Source: Squalus acanthias
Lineage: Eukaryota
Reading direction: 5' to 3'
DNA length: 64,000 nt
NCBI GenBank assembly: GCA_030390025.1
Contig: CM059432.1
Span: forward strand, 71,116,001-71,180,000
Shown: piece by piece, positions 24,236 through 37,273 of the stretch
Layout of the letters: every line of letters begins with the position of its first letter
Numbering within the stretch: the stretch's first letter is position 1
Made by a program: the position numbers and the translations under genes
The notes under the pieces: generated by a model
Told to the model about the DNA's origin: nothing
The model's database searches: none
The model's input: the letters and a program-made list of their open reading frames with translations, nothing else

Positions 24236-24445
24236 CAGAAGGACATAAGAATTAGGAGCAGGAGTAGGCCATACGGCACCTCGAGTCTACTCCGCCATTC
24301 AATAAGATCATGGCTGATCTTTGACCTCAACTCCACTTTCTCGCCTGATCTCCATATCCTTGATTCCCCTAGAGTCCAAAAATCTCAGCCTTGAACATAC
24401 TCAACGATTCAGCAGCCACAGCCCTTTGAGGTAGAGGATTCCAAA
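24236..24445 (-). mobile_element. CR1 LINE 3' end
   Basis: cataagaattaggagcaggagtaggccat…ccgccattcaataagatcatggctgatct. Confidence 0.75.
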
Positions 24446-24803
24446 ATGCTTCTCTAAATACTTCAACTGCTGAATTGTGGAACTATGCCTGTGTGCACAA
24501 CAAAAGCATTGGCCGGAATTTTTACCTTGGAGTCGGGTTGCATGCGTGCAGACCACGTAGCGGGTCGGGAACGCGATGTTCTGAGCAGCGCGTTGCTCAG
24601 AGCGACTTTAACGTAATGGCCCCAATTGAAAGACTCATGCGCGTTTCCAGGCCCTATTAAATGGTACGGGTCGGTTGACGTCATCGATGACTCGTTTCCA
24701 GTGCCAATATTTAAAGCAGCCTTGCACTCAACTCATTTGAAGGTTGCTAGAGGAGGGTGGAACCTGAATACAAAGGCCTGAGTCCTGTTATAAAGTAGCA
24801 AGG

Positions 24804-26689
24804 ATGGATAGCCAAAAGCAGAGGGCTGCACCACGCTTTTCAGACTCATCCCTGCATACTCTGGTGGAGGCAGTCAGAGCAGGCAGGGAGGTCCTCTTCC
24901 CTGCTGATAGGCGAAGGAGGCCTCCACAAGACACCAAAAGAGCCTGGCTGGATATAACTGAGGAGGTCAGCAGCAGGGATGTGGTGAGGAGGACCTGGAT
25001 CCAGTGCAGGAAATGCTTCAGTGATCTCATGAGGTCAGGAAAGGTGAGTGCAATGCCACACTCACCTTCATCTTGATGTGCCTGACAACACATCCCGATC
25101 ACTCTGCCTTCCCAAGCCTATTCCTGCACATCATTCCTCACACCAACATACCTTGCACGTCCACCCATCCCTCTCTCTCTATGTACATACTCACATCTCC
25201 ATGTGACTAACCACCCCTCACACTCACCCTCATCCTAATGCAATGATAGCAAGTAACACCACAGAAGGAGGCCATTTGGCATTGGCACCCCACTCCCTCA
25301 TAGTCACTCTCTACAGATGTAGCCCATCCATTCCTTACACTCATTCCATCACTCTCACTCAAACTTTTCTTTACTTCCTTGCAGAAGAAAAGAGCCCAGA
25401 ACAAAATGGAGAGGCAGAGAACCGGAGGTGGCCCTCCAGTCTTCGTACAACTAACACCAGCAGAGGAGGGGGCTCTGGAGATATCGGGAGTTGGAGAGAC
25501 GCTAGCGGTGGGAGACGGAGGGGGACATCCCAGCAACCTGGTGACAGAATCACATCTCATAAAGCCACATGGCATACAACAGTCACTCATATGGTGACTG
25601 ATGTCAGCAGCCAGTGAAATGTCATCATGTGCATAATGGTAACGTTATCCATTCTTATTATAACACTTCTAATTCATCTCTTTACTCTCCCACAGGTCCC
25701 CCCATTAAGTGCCTCCCCACACTGTCTAGCCAGAGGAGGAAGACGACTCCTCAGAGGAATCTCCAGTCTCTGAGGGTGCACCGTCAGCAGACCCAAGCTC
25801 ACCGAGCACCAGCGCAGATACGCACACCTCGGTGGGTCCTGTGAGAGTTAGAGTAGTGTTGTCACTTGGTGTCTCACAATTCACAAGTGAGCAAGAGCAG
25901 ATGGTGTTGACAGGGACAGCAGTGGAGACTCCTTGCCAGAGGGCGCAGGATGCTCCAAGCTCCGCTGAGCTGCATGCAGATGCTGAACCTCGGGGGCCAT
26001 CGAGAAAGAGGGTGATCCTGGAGGGGCAGCAACAATTGCACGAGGCTCTGGCAGCTTTTGCAGCCGCGATGTCTGCAAATGTTCAGAGAATGGAGGAGTC
26101 CATCTCCAACATGAGCACCACTACCTTGCAGGCGATAGCGACGATGTGTTGTTCCATGGAAAGGATGGCCACCTGCATGGAGCAGCAAATGCGCCAGTCA
26201 CATGAGCACATGCTAGCTGTGGACAACAGATGGCAGATGCTCATAGACCTCCTCTCAAGGAGGGATGTAAACATAGACTTGGGCGTTCATCATCCCACTG
26301 CTGTGCAGCAAGGTGCTCTCCAGCTCCTTGCTAGCAGGGAAGTGCAGGTGGCCCATGAGAGGGATGATGGTGAGAGGGGACATGGAATTGGGGGCTCTTG
26401 TCAAAGTGCTCTCATTTCTTCCCCATTGCCTCCCCCTCAGTCAGAGCCCCTCATGCTTCCTCGAATCCCGATGGCACAGTCGCAGGAGGAGCAGATTTTG
26501 ACGGGGCCATCACAGGCTCCAAAACCCAGAGGATGTCCGCCAAAAGTGTCTAATGACACGCAGCAAGGAAGTGAGCAGCCTGCCTCTACTGCTGCTGAAG
26601 CCACAGGGGTTGCACCTCACTTGGAAAAGAAAAATGACACAAAATTAGATGTACACGGGTATGCACATGAGTGTATCAAAAAATGTTAG
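24804..26689 (+). pseudogene. Harbinger Myb/SANT-like protein gene; exons 24804-25043, 25385-25540, 25696-~26689
   Basis: RAAPRFSDSSLHTLVEAV…AWLDITEEVSS…RTWIQCRKCFSDL; AAG|GTGAGT, GCAG|AAG and ACAG|GT junctions; frame disrupted around the exon 2/3 boundary. Confidence 0.85.
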
Positions 26690-26692
26690 TGT

Positions 26693-26939
26693 TGTGGCGG
26701 ATCGCCACCTAAACGGGCACAATCCACTTTTCCGTCCGTGGACAATATATCGGGCACCTTGCCTTTAAGGCACCTTGCCTTTAAGGCAGGAGAAAAGGAG
26801 TGGGCGGGGCCTCAGAATTTTTTCCAGATAATTCTGTGAGCAGTTGTTTTCAGCCATTTTGACCAGGTAGTTGTATTAAAAAGTTTTATGTCCCACACAT
26901 GGACTCGGTCTTAATTCGTGTTTCGCGGCAGCCTCAACA
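26693..26939 (+). repeat. Gypsy 5' LTR
   Basis: Differs from the 3' LTR at 2 of 247 positions by eye; contains a duplicated ggcaccttgcctttaa. Confidence 0.95.
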
Positions 26940-26940
26940 T

Positions 26941-26952
26941 TGGTGACCCCGA
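26941..26952 (+). promoter_or_regulatory. Primer-binding site (tRNA-Trp)
   Basis: TGGTGACCCCGA immediately after the 5' LTR. Confidence 0.85.
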
Positions 26953-26979
26953 TGCTCAGAACGTATTCCGAGCACTGCA

Positions 26980-27650
26980 ATGGCGGACACGAACGCAGTT
27001 TCCGTGAAACTGCCGGAGTTTTGGGAAAACCAGCCCGAAGCCTGGTTTCTCAAAGCCGAATCCCGCTTCCGGCTGCAACACATCACCACAGATGGGACGC
27101 AGTACGACTACCTCGTCACATCACTCGGTAGCTCCACAGTTTCGAAGGTTTGGACAGCGCTGCAGAACCCACCAGAGGAAGGCAGGTATGCACATCTTAA
27201 GGCAGCGCTCCTTAAAAAATTTACGGCCTCGGCATACCAGCGAAACTGCCACCTCCTCGACCTTCCAGGCCTCGGTGATGCCTCACCGTCAGACCTCCTC
27301 TCCCACATGCTCTCCCTCACCGACGAGAGCCCACCCGGATCCCTCTTCCGCACGCTGTTCATCTGCCAGCTACCTCTCAGCATCCGCCCAGCGATCGTGG
27401 CGTCCGGCCTCACGAACCTGGAAGCCCTGGCCGATGAGGCCGACAAGCTGCTGTCCGCTCACTCCAGCCGCGACGTCACTCCGGACCTGACAGCCAATGC
27501 CTGGGCGCGCCCCTCACGGCCACCACGCGGCCACAAGGACTAGCCACCAGGCCCACGGGGCCTTCGCGCCCCACTAACCCAAGCCACTGTTACTACCACG
27601 CACGGTTCGGCGCCAGGGCAGAACGGTGCACACCTCCCTGCTCTTTCAAG
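26980..27650 (+). pseudogene. gag: gag; the CHCC knuckle lies in the pol frame after a -1 shift
   Basis: KLPEFWENQPEAWFLKAESRF…; CYYHARFGARAERCTPPC at 27588-27641. Confidence 0.85.
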
Positions 27651-27674
27651 TCCGCCCCCGTACCAACCCCCACG

Positions 27675-30600
27675 ATGACTGTGGGCCACGCGGGCTCCCT
27701 GCTGTACGTCACGGATGACAAAACCGGCCGTCGGTTCCTGTGCGACACTGGAGCTCAGCACAGCATCATCCCGGCCTCCTCCCTCGACATCCAAAAGGGC
27801 GAACGAGGACCGGCGCTGGCTGCTGCTAACGGCTCGGAAATCCGGACATACGGCACCCGCACAGTCATCCTCAACCTCGCTGGTCGCCGCTACCAATGGG
27901 AGTTCATCACTGCCAAGGTGCTCTCCCCTCTCATCGGCGCAGATTTCCTGTGCGCCCACGGCCTACTGGTAGACATCCCTCGTCACCGCCTCGTGGACAT
28001 GAACACCATGTCCCCCATCCTGGGCGCCATGGCCCCCCGTCAACCCGCCGACATGGCGTCACAGTGCCACGCCCGGGCCACGGATGACTACTCGGCACTC
28101 CTGGCCGAATTCCCGGCCCTTACCAATCCGACCTTCTCCGCGGAGGCCGCCAAACACGGGGTGGAACACTTCATCCCCACCACAGGCCTTCCAGTGTACG
28201 TCCACGCCCGCAGGCTGGACCCGGCCAAACTGGAGATCACGCGGACCGAGTTTGCCACCATGGAACAGCTCGGCATCATCCGCCGCTCCAACAGTCCCTG
28301 GGCCTCCCCACTCCACATCGCCCCCAAACCAGGTGGGGGTTGGCGCCCCTGCGGGGATTACCGCCGCCTCAATGACGCCACCACCCCTGATCGGTACCCT
28401 GTGCCGCACATCCAGGACTTCTCGGCTAGACTGGCCGGCCGCTCAGTCTTTTCCAAGGTCGACCTGGTACGCGGCTACCACCAAGTCCCCGTCCACCGCG
28501 CGGACGTCCCCAAGACGGCCGTAATCACCCCCTTCGGCCTGTTCGAGTTCCTGCGGATGCCCTTCGGCCTCAAAAACGCGGCCCAGGCATTCCAACGGCT
28601 CATGGACTCGGTCCTTCAGGACCTGAAGTTCCTGTTCGTCTACCTGGACGACATCCTGGTAGCCAGTTCCTCCAAGCAGGAACACCTCGAACACCTTCGC
28701 ATCCTGTTCGGGCGCCTCAGCGACCACGGGCTCATCCTCAGCCCAGCCAAATGCCAGTTCGGCCTGGACAAGATCGACTTCCTCGGCCACCACATCACCC
28801 ATGCTGGGGCCATTCCCCTGCCCACCAAGGTGCAGGCCATCCAACAATTTCCCCGCCCCACCACCATCAAAGGCCTCCAGGAGTTCCTCGGGATGGTGAA
28901 TTTCTACAACCGCTTCATCCCCAAAGCGGCGTCCCTCATGAGGCCCCTGTATTAAGCCCTCCGGGGCAGGAGCGGCAAGGTGGCGGTCGAATGGACGGCA
29001 GACGCGTCCGCCGCCTTCGACTCCACCAAGACTGCGCTCGCCAACGCCACCCTGCTCGCGCACCCACGGCCCAATGCCAGGGTAGCGCTCACCACGGACG
29101 CCTCCGACCATGCGGTCGGCGCCGTGTATGAGCAGTGGGTCGACGGCGCCTGGCAACCACTTGCCTTCTTCAGCCGCCAACTACGCCCCCCAGAGGTCAA
29201 GTACAGCACCTTCGACCGCGAGCTCCTCGCGCTGTTCCTGGCGGTCCGCCATTTTCGGTTTTTGCTGGAGGGCCACCCCTTCACTGCGTTTGTCGACCGC
29301 AAGCCCCTGACATTCGCAATGGCAAAGACAACCGACCCCTGGTCCGCCAGGCAGCAGCGCCAGCTCGCGGCAGTGTCCGAGTTCACCCCGGACATCCAAC
29401 AGGTCTCCGGCCGAGACAATGTGGTAGCCGACTGCCTCTCCCGCCCCACCATCCACGCCGCACACCTAGCAGTCGACTACGCTCAACTCGCAGCAGACCA
29501 GATCACCGACCCTGATCTGCTCTCCGCACCTACCAACCTACCAGGGCTATGCCTGGCCGACATCGCCTGTGGCCCGACCGCAGTCACGGTCAAGTGCGAC
29601 ATATTCCTATGTCAACCTTGGCCCGTCGTCCCAGCGTCCTGGCGCCGCCGGGTATTCGAGATTCTCCACAACCTCTCCCACCCCGGCGCCCGTGCATCCA
29701 TCAAATTGGTAGCCAACCGCTTTGTCTGGCGTGGCCTTCGCAAGGATGTGCGTACTTGGGCCAACTCCTGCTTAGCCTGCCAACGGGCCAAGGTACAGCA
29801 ACATACGAAAGCACCCCTCGAGGAGTTTACCGTCCCTTCGCGTAGATTCGACCACATCCACGTGGACATCGTCGGGCCCCTGCCGCCGTCGCAAGGCCAC
29901 ACGCACTTGCTGACGATCGTTGACTGCACCATGCGCTGGCCCGAGGCAATTCCACTGACCTCTACCACCACCGCCGACATCGCCAGAGCCTTCGTCAGCA
30001 CCTGGGTCGCACGGTTCGGCATCCCCTCCGACATGACGTCGGACAGATGTCCGTAATTTACCTCTGAACTCTGGACCGCCGTCGGACGCAATCTCGGGGT
30101 GACCATTCACCGCACCACAGCGTACCACCCCCAAGCCAACGGACTGTGTGAGCGGTTCCACAGATCCTTGAAGACATCTCTTCGAGCCAGCCTCCAGGAC
30201 GGCGCCTGGACCGACCGACTTCCGTGGGTCCTCCTCGGCCTGCGCACCGCGGTTAAAGAAGACCTCCACGCATCGGCAGCAGAGCTCGTGTACGGTCAGC
30301 CGTTGCGCGTACCCGGCGAGTTCCTGCCCACCGCCACGACACCCTGGTCAGCCGACCAGCAACGCCACGACTTCGCCTCACCGCCCATTGCCCGACACGG
30401 CGAATCCACCTCACACGTCCCACTAAGCCTGCACCAGGCACGGTTCATTTTCATCCGGTACGACGCCCACCGCGGACCCCTTCAACCCCCGTATGACGGG
30501 CCCTACAAGGTGCTACAGGCTGGGGACCAATTTTTCACCCTGCAAGTGGGCGTCAGGACCGAAAAAGTGTCGGTTGACCGACTCAAGCCAGCACACTCGG

Positions 30601-30770
30601 AGCCCGGTGAGCAGGTCCCTGTAGCTCGTCCACCGCCACGTGTCCGACCTGCCCTCAAGCCGGTTCACTCGGCTGCTCCACGCCCGGCCGTTCCACGTCC
30701 ACCGGCGTCCTACAAGAGCCGCTCCGGCCGGCCCATCAGACCGCCGCACCGTCTCGTCCACACCTCCTAA
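27675..30770 (+). pseudogene. pol: pol (PR, RT, RNase H, integrase) with in-frame TAA at 28953 and 30054
   Basis: CDTGA; WASPLH…CGDYRRLN; MPFGLKNA; YLDDIL; TTDASD; H-X3-H…CLAC; HVDIVGP; YHPQANGLCERFH; YDGPY. Confidence 0.92.
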
Positions 30771-30790
30771 GCGGATTCTGGGGGGAGCTG

Positions 30791-31037
30791 TGTGGCGGAT
30801 CGCCACCTAAACGGGCACAATCCACTTTTCCGTCCGTGGACAATATATCGGGCACCTTGCCTTTAAGGCACCTTGCCTTTAAGGCAGGAGAAAAGGAGTG
30901 GGCGGGGCCTCAGGATTTTTTCCAGATAATTCTGTGAGCAGTTGTTTTCAGCCATTTTGACCAGGCAGTTGTATTAAAAAGTTTTATGTCCCACACATGG
31001 ACTCGGTCTTAATTCGTGTTTCGCGGCAGCCTCAACA
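30791..31037 (+). repeat. Gypsy 3' LTR
   Basis: Direct repeat of 26693-26939, followed by TSD GTGT. Confidence 0.95.
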
Positions 31038-31290
31038 GTGTTAAGTTTCATTTATTTTGATGAAACAAATAAATTTTGTTCTTTGCACCACTTTCGGGTC
31101 TTGTCCATTTTTGCCTCAAACCTTGGAAGTGGCCTTGTCACTTGAAGTGAATGGTGAGACATCACTTAACCTCGCACACTGGGGCTTTGGGTGAGAAGAA
31201 TGGATTGGTCATTGTAGGGATGCTTTATGGTGTTGTTGGTGGGGGAACTTAGTACAGCATGTGGCAGGGAAGTGGCTGCATTGGAGCAAG

Positions 31291-32471
31291 TTAACTAAAT
31301 CTGGCCATTATGAGGCCATCCCGGGCAGCAATGTGCGCTGCTGTTGGTGCCAACTCCACCTCAGGTTCCTCCTCCTCCTTCTTGTCTTCCATCTGCTCGA
31401 CCTCCTCCTTCTCCTCCTCTGAAGAGGTTGTGCGCTCTGTGCCTTGCTCCTCCTGCTGCTCCAATCCTTGTTGCTGTGCTATGTTGTGCAGGGCACAGCA
31501 GACGACGATAATTCTTGAGACCCAAGGCTGGTGCGTACTGCAGGACTCCTCCAGATCTGTCAAGGCATCTGAAGCGCATCTTCAGCATGCATATTGTTGC
31601 TCTATGATACATCTGGTGGACATATGGCTCTCATTATAACACTTCTCTGCCTCAGTACTTGGCGTCCACAAGGGTGTCATGAGCCACATCTTTAGTGGAT
31701 AGCCTTTGTCTCCAAGCAGCCAGCTGGTAAGTCTGGATGTGCGAAGAGCTGAGGGAGGGTGGACTGGTGCAGCACGAAAGAATCATGACAGCTGCCACAC
31801 ATGCATAACCATCTTTTTATGGTTGCAGACGATCTGCACATTAAGGGAGTGGAAGTCCCTGTGGTTCACAAACATTCCTGGGTGATGATGGGGTGCCTTC
31901 ATGGCCACATGTGGGCAGTCAATGATGCCCTGCACCTGTGGGAAGTCAGCCAGAGCCACAAAGCCGAGCGCCCGCTCAGTAACACTGGCCTCATCAGTGG
32001 CAAGTTGATATAATTGACTGACTTGTGAAACATGGCATCGGTCACCTGGGTGATGCATCTGTGGGCGGCCAACTGCGAGATCCTGCAAATGTCTGCTGCA
32101 GATCCCTGGAAGGAGCCTGAGGCAAAGAAGTTGAGGGTGGTGGTAAGGAGTGTCCACCAGGATCTCTGGGCAGCAGGTCTTGTTCCAGCAAACTGCAAAT
32201 GTCTGCGATGACCTGGTGTGACAGCCTGAGCCTTCTTTGGCACTGCTGCTCAGTCATGTTGAGGAAGCTCATCCTCTGCCTGTATACCCTGTGTTGGGGA
32301 ATACCATACTGCACCCCTGTGCTGCCCCCCTCTCTCCTGTGGAGGATCAGATCATTGAGGAGAAGGCTGCTGTTGTGGCTGCTGCTATTGGTGTGGCTGG
32401 TGTTGTTGGTGGTGAGGCTCATCTTGGTCTGATTCTAAGGTCCAAGGTGAGACCGTATAAGCGGCACCCAT
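31291..32471 (-). pseudogene. Harbinger DDE transposase (HARBI1-family), frameshifted
   Basis: [10 protein letters not shown]…, [24 protein letters not shown]…[40 protein letters not shown], acidic tail. Confidence 0.9.
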
Positions 32472-35386
32472 GCTGATGTAGTAGATGGCTGGTAAAGTGG
32501 AGATCAGAGGCCCAATCCCTCAATGTTGTGATAGTGAGTAGCAATGTGGTGAGAGTGGCTTCTGATGTTTCAAAAATGACCTGCAAGCTGCAGACACCCA
32601 AATCTGTGGACAAAATGGAGTGAGCAAGAGCCTTTCCATGAAGTAAGTAATGACATGTAATGTTGGAATTTTTATGTGCTTTTCCCAGTTGTCAAAGAAT
32701 GAACTCGCCAATGGCCACTGAGCTTCCGCCTCCCCTTCACAGGCAAAGTACCCGACCTCTGTGAATCCTGTGCTCCTGCAGTTAAAGTCACAAGCTGGCG
32801 TTTAAATCACTCTTAAGGGTTTCTCAACAAGCACTTAATTATTTTAATGAGGTTGCCCACCTCTGCCGATCGGGTCCGTGTTGCGCCTACAAGTCGCACC
32901 AGTTAAATGCGCGAGGGGGCGGGATGACGGCGGGTTCCAGACGCACTCACTATTTCTGGGATTTTTACTGCTGACCCGCCCCCAAACCCGCATGCTCGGC
33001 AATGGGAAAATTCCGGCCATTGTGTATAAAAGATACGTAAGTCCTGCTTGTGGTGAAACCACCTAAAGTACACTATCAGCATTAAGAATCTGCAGAATAG
33101 TTAAAGATAGGCGCAGATGTAATCTGAGGCCCACTGATTGTATTATAAGAGCTGGAGGAAAACAACTACTATATCAGGCTTATCTAACTTACACGAATGG
33201 CTCGGCCCAACTCATCCTGCAATAGGGGTTAAAGGGTGCAATAACCTAAAAGATATATAAAGAAGTCCAAAAGACCTGACCAGCACAGCAGAAACCAACA
33301 CAGCAGAACTGAAGAGAAGAATGGAAGATAGGGTCGGTAATGAACTGTGCTGCTGTCCAGAGCTCCAGATTGGTGATATTGCTTTGACTCTGTAAATTAC
33401 CACTTATGTACTAAATGTACTGAGGTTTCTCATTTTGTCTCAATAAACCTTTCTGTACCCATGTTGGGATTGTCAAGTTGAATCATTGAGGATAAACCGG
33501 GATAACCTGGGAATCCAACAACAGGTGGCATAAGCAACATTGTAGTCAATTGTAGTCCATTCCTTCATTGAGCAGGTCATCCTTTCAGAGCTGCAGGCTA
33601 CCTTTAAATGGAGTCACTCCAGTCTGAATTCCTGCACATTGCTCCCCTTGGTTGAGCTGCCAATAACCAGCGCTAACAGTTTGACCATCATATGGAAAGG
33701 AAGCAAACCAAAAAATGGTTTGTGCCTTTCGTCCATGTCATTGGGCAGACTCCGTGGACGCCCCACCTCTTTGTGTACATTTTGGGCACAAGTTGAAGAT
33801 CTGCCCCTATGTCCCAGAGGTGAAACGATAGTACATCCACATAGCCAATTATTAAAAATTAAGTTACATTAACTGGTCCATAAGTGTAAACGTGAAACAA
33901 GCCCAGATATGCACAGTGTTGTTCCAGTATCTGGGTCTCAATACTTTACATAATAACACTGTATAATGTATAAGGTGTGCCAAGTACTTTAGCAGAGCAA
34001 AAGACTATCAGATTAGTGCTTAATTTCCTGTGTCTAATTTGGCATCAGATTCCACAGCTATAAATGAGGGCAGAATATAACACTGAGCCTCTGGTGTCCT
34101 TTATGCTGATACTGTTTTTATTTATGCAATTTATAAAAGGGGAAAATTAATGATTTAAAAGGTTAGTATTACTCAGTTGTGAATGGCATTAGGTAATGAT
34201 TTAAAAAGGCTAATGCAATTATTCTAGAATAAAAGGGAAGACATGGGAAAAAGAACCTCAATCTACTTCTTTTTATTTGATATTTGCTGTGGTTTTTAGT
34301 CAGTTAAAAAGCCTAGGCGCTGACATTACACCGTGGATAGCTAGTATAGTTTAAACCATTTAATGCCTGCACTAAAATAAGAATTTTAGACTAGTGCATT
34401 AATTGTTTGTGTGCTAGTTTCCCACAGCATAATTTCAGAACCTGTGATTTGTCTGACCGCGCCAGTGATCCAGTCCTTCTGTTTTATCTTAGTTGATCTT
34501 TTTCCTCTTCTTTCCTGCCCTTCTCTCTTGAAGTTGCTGGGGGAGGGCGAGGTGGAATTGATCTCTGTCACGCTTGTTATTTTGGGTGCAAAATTAATGT
34601 TGGGAGGGACCAATTTCTGGCTCAAAAATCCCATGCCAGATTCCCCCAGAAGTTTGCCAGCTGCCAAATGCGAGTGCTCGGGGTGTCTGCTTAAAACAGG
34701 CATTAGGCTTCTAGGTATACTAATCGGGGGCCTAATGTCTGCTTTAGGACACTGCTGCCAAATTTAACACAAACTGGAGCTGCACATGTTCCATTCAGTT
34801 TTTCCGGGTCTGCAGTGGCCTAGCCAGCAGTCCTTAAAGGGACTGAAGGCCGCCAAAGACCAAATAATTTTTATTAGTTTTTACTTAACTCAATGTGGAG
34901 TCAGGAATAGAAGGAATGCAGTTTCTAGCTCTGCAGCATTACTACAGCTCTCCTCTCTCCCATTGCCTCCTCCCCTCCCAAGTTTTACCTGCAGGCTGGT
35001 TTGGAATCGCTGCTGGCCAATTTTATGAAGGCCCCTACTCGCAACCTGTATCGGGATGTCTGATTGACATCTGCAGCTTGCCGGTATTATGGAAATGAGG
35101 CCCGAGGCCCAATCTGGAGTGAGCCTTGGGCCACCGTATTCGGGAGAGCCTTCCAAATGGGTTGCCCACTTTGTGCCAGGCACAAAACCAATTTCCCCCA
35201 CGCCGATTCTTCCAAGGGGATTGAACCCGCCTCCACTAACTCTTTCAAGTGGCTCTTCATCAGCGGGAGACTAGAAAGTGAATATTAGCAGATTATTTAG
35301 CTATGAGAGGTTGGATCAATGCCAAGGCAAATTTTGCACTCAATAGACAGCCACACATGTTCATCAACCATCTGGTTTCCACTGAG

Positions 35387-37270
35387 CCATAGAAGCTTAC
35401 AGCATAGAAAGAGGCCATTCGGATCTTTGTGTCAGATCCACCTCTTTGGTAGAACAATGCAATACTAATCATATTGCCCACCTTTCCCCCATAGCCCTTT
35501 ATCATCCTCTGCTTCAAATATTTATCCAGTTTTCCCTTAAAAGATGTAATGGTTCTGCCTCAATCATTCCCTGTTGCAACGCATTGCAAGCTCCAACAAT
35601 CCAGTATAAGAAATTTTCACCTAACCTCTCTCCTCACTCTCTTAGTAACAATTTTAGATTGATGACCCCTCATCACTGACTCTTCAACCAGAGGAAATAA
35701 TGTTTCTCTGTTTATTATTAATACTCTTCATAATTTTAAAAACCTCTATTAAATCTCTTCTGAGCTATAGCTGCTTCAGTGGAAACAATCCCAGTATCTC
35801 GAGTCTCTCCTCATAACAATAATTTCCCATCCCTTACATCATCCTGGTGAATCTACACTGTACACACTCTGTGGCTTTAATGTCTTTTCTATAATAGGTG
35901 CCCAAAACTGCACATAGTACTCTTAGTGTGGCTTAATCAATACAATAGCAAAATACTGCGGATGCTGGAAATCTGAAATAACAACAGAAAGTGTTGGAAA
36001 CACTCAGCAGGTTAGGCAGCATCGAGGAGAGAGAAACAGAGTCAACGTTTCGGGTTGAACCCTTCCGGTATGTCTTCCTTTTTCCTCAACCGAGGATTCC
36101 CCTCTAACGTGGTTGACATGGCCCTCAACCGTATCCGTTCCATTTCCCGCACTTCTGCTCTCACCCCTTCCCCTCCCTTCCAGAACCACGATAGGGTTCC
36201 CCTCATCCTCACCTTTGCGGAACACCTCCATTCAGTCCATAAGCGTGACCCCGAGCTTCCAGTCGCCTGTCACTTTAATTCTCCCCTCCACTCCCACTCT
36301 GATCTCTCCGTCCTCGGCCTCTTACACTGTTCCAATGAAGCTCAACGTAAGCTCGAGGAACAGCACCTCAGCCTTCGATTAGGCACTTCACAGCCTTCTG
36401 GACTTAACATCGAGTTCAACAATTTCAGACTATAAATTGGCCCCTGTATTTCTTTATATATTTTTTCTCTTGTTTCCTCACATGGTAGCTGTTAATATTG
36501 CTGCCATCATCATTCACACATCATCTAGAGCCATCTTTTGTTTCTTAACTTGTCCCATTATTTCTCCTTTTGCCTTGCACTATCATCCCTTTTGTCAGTC
36601 AATCTCTCCTGCCTTCCAGCCGGTCACAGACCTTCCCTTTGTTCTTTCCTCCCCTCCTCCCTGCCCCTGCTTAAAAATCTCTCTTCCCTAACCTTTTCCA
36701 GTTCTGACAAAGGGTTCGACCTGAAACATTGACTCTGTTTTTCTCTCCTCGATGCTGCCTGACCTGCTGAGTGTTTCCAGCACTTTCGGTTGTGGCTTAA
36801 TCAATGTTTTGTATAAATATATCATTATCTCTTTACCCTTATATTTTATGACCCTGTTTATAAAACCCAAAATGCTATTGCCTTTTTTTTTATGACTTTA
36901 TCTACCTGCAGTCATATTTTTAGGGAATTACCTATTTGAACCCATGGGTCTCTTTGTTCATCCATACCCTTTGGTGTATTTCTATTACATTTCTACTCAT
37001 ATTCCTATGATTTTTCTTCCAAAATGTATTATCTCACACTTATTCATATTAAATAGCATTTTTCAACTGTTTGCCATTCTGTGAACACCTTGGTGTCTTC
37101 CTGAAGTCTTTTATAGTCCTTCTCATTGTTTGCCAAACCCCCTACCTTTGTGTCATCAGCAAATTTCAAGTTTATGCACCCTATGCCCAAATCCAACTGA
37201 TCTATATCTACAAGAACAGCTTCTGGAAAACACCCTTCCAACTCTGAGAAACACTGATTACCCCTAACTC
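35387..37270 (-). mobile_element. Old CR1 LINE, interrupted by a Penelope fragment
   Basis: LKFADDTKVGG (37044-37241 ORF), YKTLIKP; CR1 tail at 35387. Confidence 0.75.
35942..36790 (+). mobile_element. Penelope-like element fragment with an inverted terminal piece
   Basis: 15-bp TSD TGTGGCTTAATCAAT; 35942-36065 is an inverted copy of the 3' end; FFLNRGFP, PVACHFNSP, LGTSQPSGLNIEFNNF; mutated hammerhead at 36704-36730. Confidence 0.85.
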
Positions 37271-37273
37271 TTT

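Larger units (their letters stand above)
26693..31037 (+). mobile_element. Gypsy/Ty3 LTR retrotransposon, CsRn1-like clade
   Basis: 247-bp LTRs TG…CA; TSD GTGT; PBS TGGTGACCCCGA (tRNA-Trp); CX2HX9CX3C knuckle; PR-RT-RH-IN order; PPT GGGGGGAG. Confidence 0.95.
24511..33018. mobile_element. Full-length but decayed autonomous-type PIF/Harbinger transposon carrying a Gypsy insertion
   Basis: Perfect 12-bp TIR GGCCGGAATTTT / AAAATTCCGGCC; exact TSD ATT; convergent Myb and transposase genes. Confidence 0.92.

Noticed and set aside
27540..30806. Long antisense and alternate-frame ORFs over the Gypsy
   Set aside because: Expected shadows of GC-rich pol codon usage.
31291..32471. Domesticated HARBI1 / MSANTD host genes
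   Set aside because: The ORFs are frameshifted and lie inside TIR/TSD-bounded transposons.
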